Assembly (NCBI GenBank): GCA_019873625.1
Contig: JAIOAW010000006.1
Coordinates: 13,252 to 77,251, forward strand
From: Chloroflexota bacterium
GTDB taxonomy: Bacteria; Chloroflexota; Anaerolineae; UBA1429
Reading direction: 5' to 3'
Length of the DNA: 64,000 nt
Shown here: piece after piece, positions 61,632-64,000 of the stretch
Position numbering within the stretch: position 1 is the first letter of the stretch
Layout of the letters: each line of letters starts with the position of its first letter
The notes under the pieces: model-generated
The model's database searches: none
What the model was told of the DNA's origin: nothing
What the model saw: the letters and a program-made list of their open reading frames with translations, nothing else
Made by a program: the position numbers and the translations under genes

Positions 61632-64000
61632 GTGAGCGAATTCGTCCATCTGCATGTGCACAGCGAATATTCCCTGTTGGACGGGCTGGCCAAGTTGCCC
61701 GACCTCTGCCAGCGGGCCGTGGAATATGGGATGCCGGCCCTGGCGCTCACCGACCACGGCCAGATGTACGGCACCATCAAATTCGCGCGGGCGGCGGCGA
61801 ACGCCGGCCTCAAACCCATCTTCGGCTGCGAGGTCTATCAGGCCCCCCGTTCCCGGCACGATCGCGACCCTCGGCTGGATAGCAAGGCCTATCACCTGAT
61901 CCTCCTTGCCCAGAATATGACGGGGTACAAAAACCTCCTGTGGCTGGTAACCCAAGGGAACCTCGAGGGCTTTTACTATCGCCCGCGGATTGATAAGGAT
62001 CTCCTGGCCCAGCGCGCCGAGGGCCTCATCGCCCTGAGCGCTTGCCTCTCAGGCGAGATCCCCTCGCTCATCGCCGAAGGGCGCCTGGAAGAGGCGCGCC
62101 GCGCGGTGGCGTGGTTCAAAGACGTGTTCGGCGCCGAGAGGTTTTATCTCGAATTGCAGCGCCACGAGGGCCTGCCCGAATTGGACCAGGTGAATCGCCA
62201 TCTCTTGGAGATGGCGCGCGCCTTCGGCCTCAAATGCGTGGCCACGAATGACGTCCACTATGTGCGCCGCGAACAGGCCGCCGCGCAAGAGTTGCTCTTG
62301 GCGATGCAAACGAACACGACCATCTCCGATCCCTCGCGTATGCGTATGGGGAGCGATGACTATCACTTTGCCTCGCCCGAGGAGATGGCTCTCTCGATGG
62401 CCGAATGCCCCGAGGCCTTGACGAATACCCTGCGCATCGCCGAGATGTGCGAGGTGGACCTGAGTTTTCAGGGCTACCGCCTGCCCAAATTCCCTGTGCC
62501 ACCGCCCTATGACGCCCAGAGTTACCTGCGTATGTTGTGCGAAGAGGGCCTCAAGCGCCGCTACGAGCGCATCACGCCCGAAATCCAGGCCCGGTTGGAT
62601 CACGAACTGGCCGTCATCCACGATATGGGGTTCGACGACTATTTCCTCATCACCGAAGACCTGGTGCGCTGGGCCAAGCACGAGGCCAAGATGCTCGTCG
62701 GCCCTGGCCGTGGCTCGGGCGCAAGCAGCCTGGTGGCCTATGCCCTGGGCATTACGGATATCGAGCCGCTGGGGTTGGGGCTTATCTTTGAGCGCTTTCT
62801 CAACCCTGGCCGCGTTACGATGCCCGATATTGACCTCGATTACCCCGAAGATCGTCGCCAAGAGGTGATCGATTACCTCACCCGCCGCTACGGCGAGGAT
62901 CGTACGGCGCAGATCGCCACCTTCGGCACGATGGCGGCGCGGGGGGCCATCCGCGATGTGGGGCGGGCCTTGGGCATCCCTTTGCAGGATGTAGATTACA
63001 TCGCCAAACTCATCCCCGGCGGCCCCAAAAAGCGCATCGAAGATGGCCTCAACGAAGTGGCGGAACTCAAACAGGCCTATGAAACGCAGCCCTGGGTGAA
63101 AAAACTCATTGACTGTTCGCTCAGCGTCGAGGGGGTGTCTAAGCACCTCTCCACCCATGCGGCGGGCGTCATCATCTCGGATAGGCCGCTCATCGAATAC
63201 ACGCCCCTCCAACGCGCCCCCCGCGGCGAGGGGATCATCTCGCAGTTCTGTATGGAGGATATCGAGGCCATCGGCCTCCTGAAACTGGACGTCTTAGGCC
63301 TTTCGACCCTGACGGTGATTGACCGCGCGCTCCGCTGGGTGGAGCGCACGACAGGGCGCACCCTGAGGCCAGAAGATATCCCTATGGATGACCCCGAGAC
63401 CTATGCCCTCCTTTCATCCGGCGAGGTGACGGGCGTCTTCCAGGTGGAAAGCGCGGGGATGCGGCGCGTCCTGCGGGATATGCAACCCACCGAATTCACG
63501 GATATCGTGGCCATTTTGGGGCTATACCGCCCTGGGCCGATGGCCTACATCCCCAGTTACATTGACCGCAAGTTCGGCCGCGAGCCGATTACGTATGCCC
63601 ACCCCAAGTTGGAACCGATCCTCGCCGAGACCTATGGCATCATCGTCTATCAAGAGCAGGTGATCCAAATCGCGATGCAACTGGCCGGCTTCACGCCCGC
63701 CGAGGCCGACCTGATGCGCCGCGCGATGGGCAAAAAGAAGCGCAAGGCGCTCGACCAACAGCGCGCCAAGTTCATCCAAGGCGCAGCGGCCAACGGCATC
63801 CCCCAGGAGGTGGCCGAGGCCATCTTTGCGGATATCGAGGCCTTTGCGGATTACGGGTTTAACAAATCCCACGGGGCGGCCTACGCCGTCATCACCTTGC
63901 AGACGGCTTATCTCAAGTGCCACTATCCCGTCGAGTTTATGGCGGCGCTCCTCTCGGTGGAGCGCGGCAACTTGGAGAAGGTGGCCTTTTTCATCGGCGA
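61632..64000 (+). CDS. dnaE: DNA polymerase III alpha subunit, partial (runs off the window; absent from the ORF track)
   Basis: GTG start; FVHLHVHSEYSLLDG, ALTDHG, GRGSGASS, MPDIDLD, STHAAG, KLDVLGL, YGFNKSH. Confidence 0.97.
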   Translation, partial: MSEFVHLHVHSEYSLLDGLAKLPDLCQRAVEYGMPALALTDHGQMYGTIKFARAAANAGLKPIFGCEVYQAPRSRHDRDPRLDSKAYHLILLAQNMTGYKNLLWLVTQGNLEGFYYRPRIDKDLLAQRAEGLIALSACLSGEIPSLIAEGRLEEARRAVAWFKDVFGAERFYLELQRHEGLPELDQVNRHLLEMARAFGLKCVATNDVHYVRREQAAAQELLLAMQTNTTISDPSRMRMGSDDYHFASPEEMALSMAECPEALTNTLRIAEMCEVDLSFQGYRLPKFPVPPPYDAQSYLRMLCEEGLKRRYERITPEIQARLDHELAVIHDMGFDDYFLITEDLVRWAKHEAKMLVGPGRGSGASSLVAYALGITDIEPLGLGLIFERFLNPGRVTMPDIDLDYPEDRRQEVIDYLTRRYGEDRTAQIATFGTMAARGAIRDVGRALGIPLQDVDYIAKLIPGGPKKRIEDGLNEVAELKQAYETQPWVKKLIDCSLSVEGVSKHLSTHAAGVIISDRPLIEYTPLQRAPRGEGIISQFCMEDIEAIGLLKLDVLGLSTLTVIDRALRWVERTTGRTLRPEDIPMDDPETYALLSSGEVTGVFQVESAGMRRVLRDMQPTEFTDIVAILGLYRPGPMAYIPSYIDRKFGREPITYAHPKLEPILAETYGIIVYQEQVIQIAMQLAGFTPAEADLMRRAMGKKKRKALDQQRAKFIQGAAANGIPQEVAEAIFADIEAFADYGFNKSHGAAYAVITLQTAYLKCHYPVEFMAALLSVERGNLEKVAFFIG

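Noticed and set aside
63840..63880. Intein in DnaE (or in RecA/Lhr)
   Set aside because: The usual DnaE site reads continuously (FADYGFNKSH), and RecA and Lhr show no intein-sized insertion.

Overview
GC-rich, gene-dense bacterial chromosomal segment. The gene families (CpXC protein, GT-C proteins with a DYSVFxH C-terminal domain, T/P-rich secreted proteins) suggest Chloroflexota/Anaerolineae, which is an inference. Most genes are housekeeping or metabolic: recA, thpR, rlmI-like, tilS, GH2 beta-galactosidase plus sulfatase, LonC-type protease, Ni/Co ECF transporter with a Fur-family regulator, AlaX, hemW, lhr, tRNA nucleotidyltransferase, uracil permease, ABC-2 exporter, ZIP, MFS, and dnaE running off the right edge. 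I saw no tRNA, rRNA, CRISPR array, transposase or prophage. Main finds: (1) a gene split by the ORF track at 13111-13470 that reads through an in-frame UGA followed by a SECIS-like hairpin, giving a probable thioredoxin-fold selenoprotein with a CxxxU motif; (2) an exopolysaccharide operon (rhomboid, BcsB-like protein with a TapA-like N-terminal domain, MshEN-GT2 synthase, GT-C protein) that appears to use MshEN instead of PilZ; (3) a DUF4405-like/internal Tat motif/SagB-type flavoprotein fusion, a candidate dual Sec-Tat membrane protein; (4) a possible attenuator upstream of the uracil permease; (5) a GGAG-type REP family, one doublet nested in a box C-like repeat; (6) several operator palindromes and probable leaderless genes. 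All family calls come from motif recognition by eye, not database searches.
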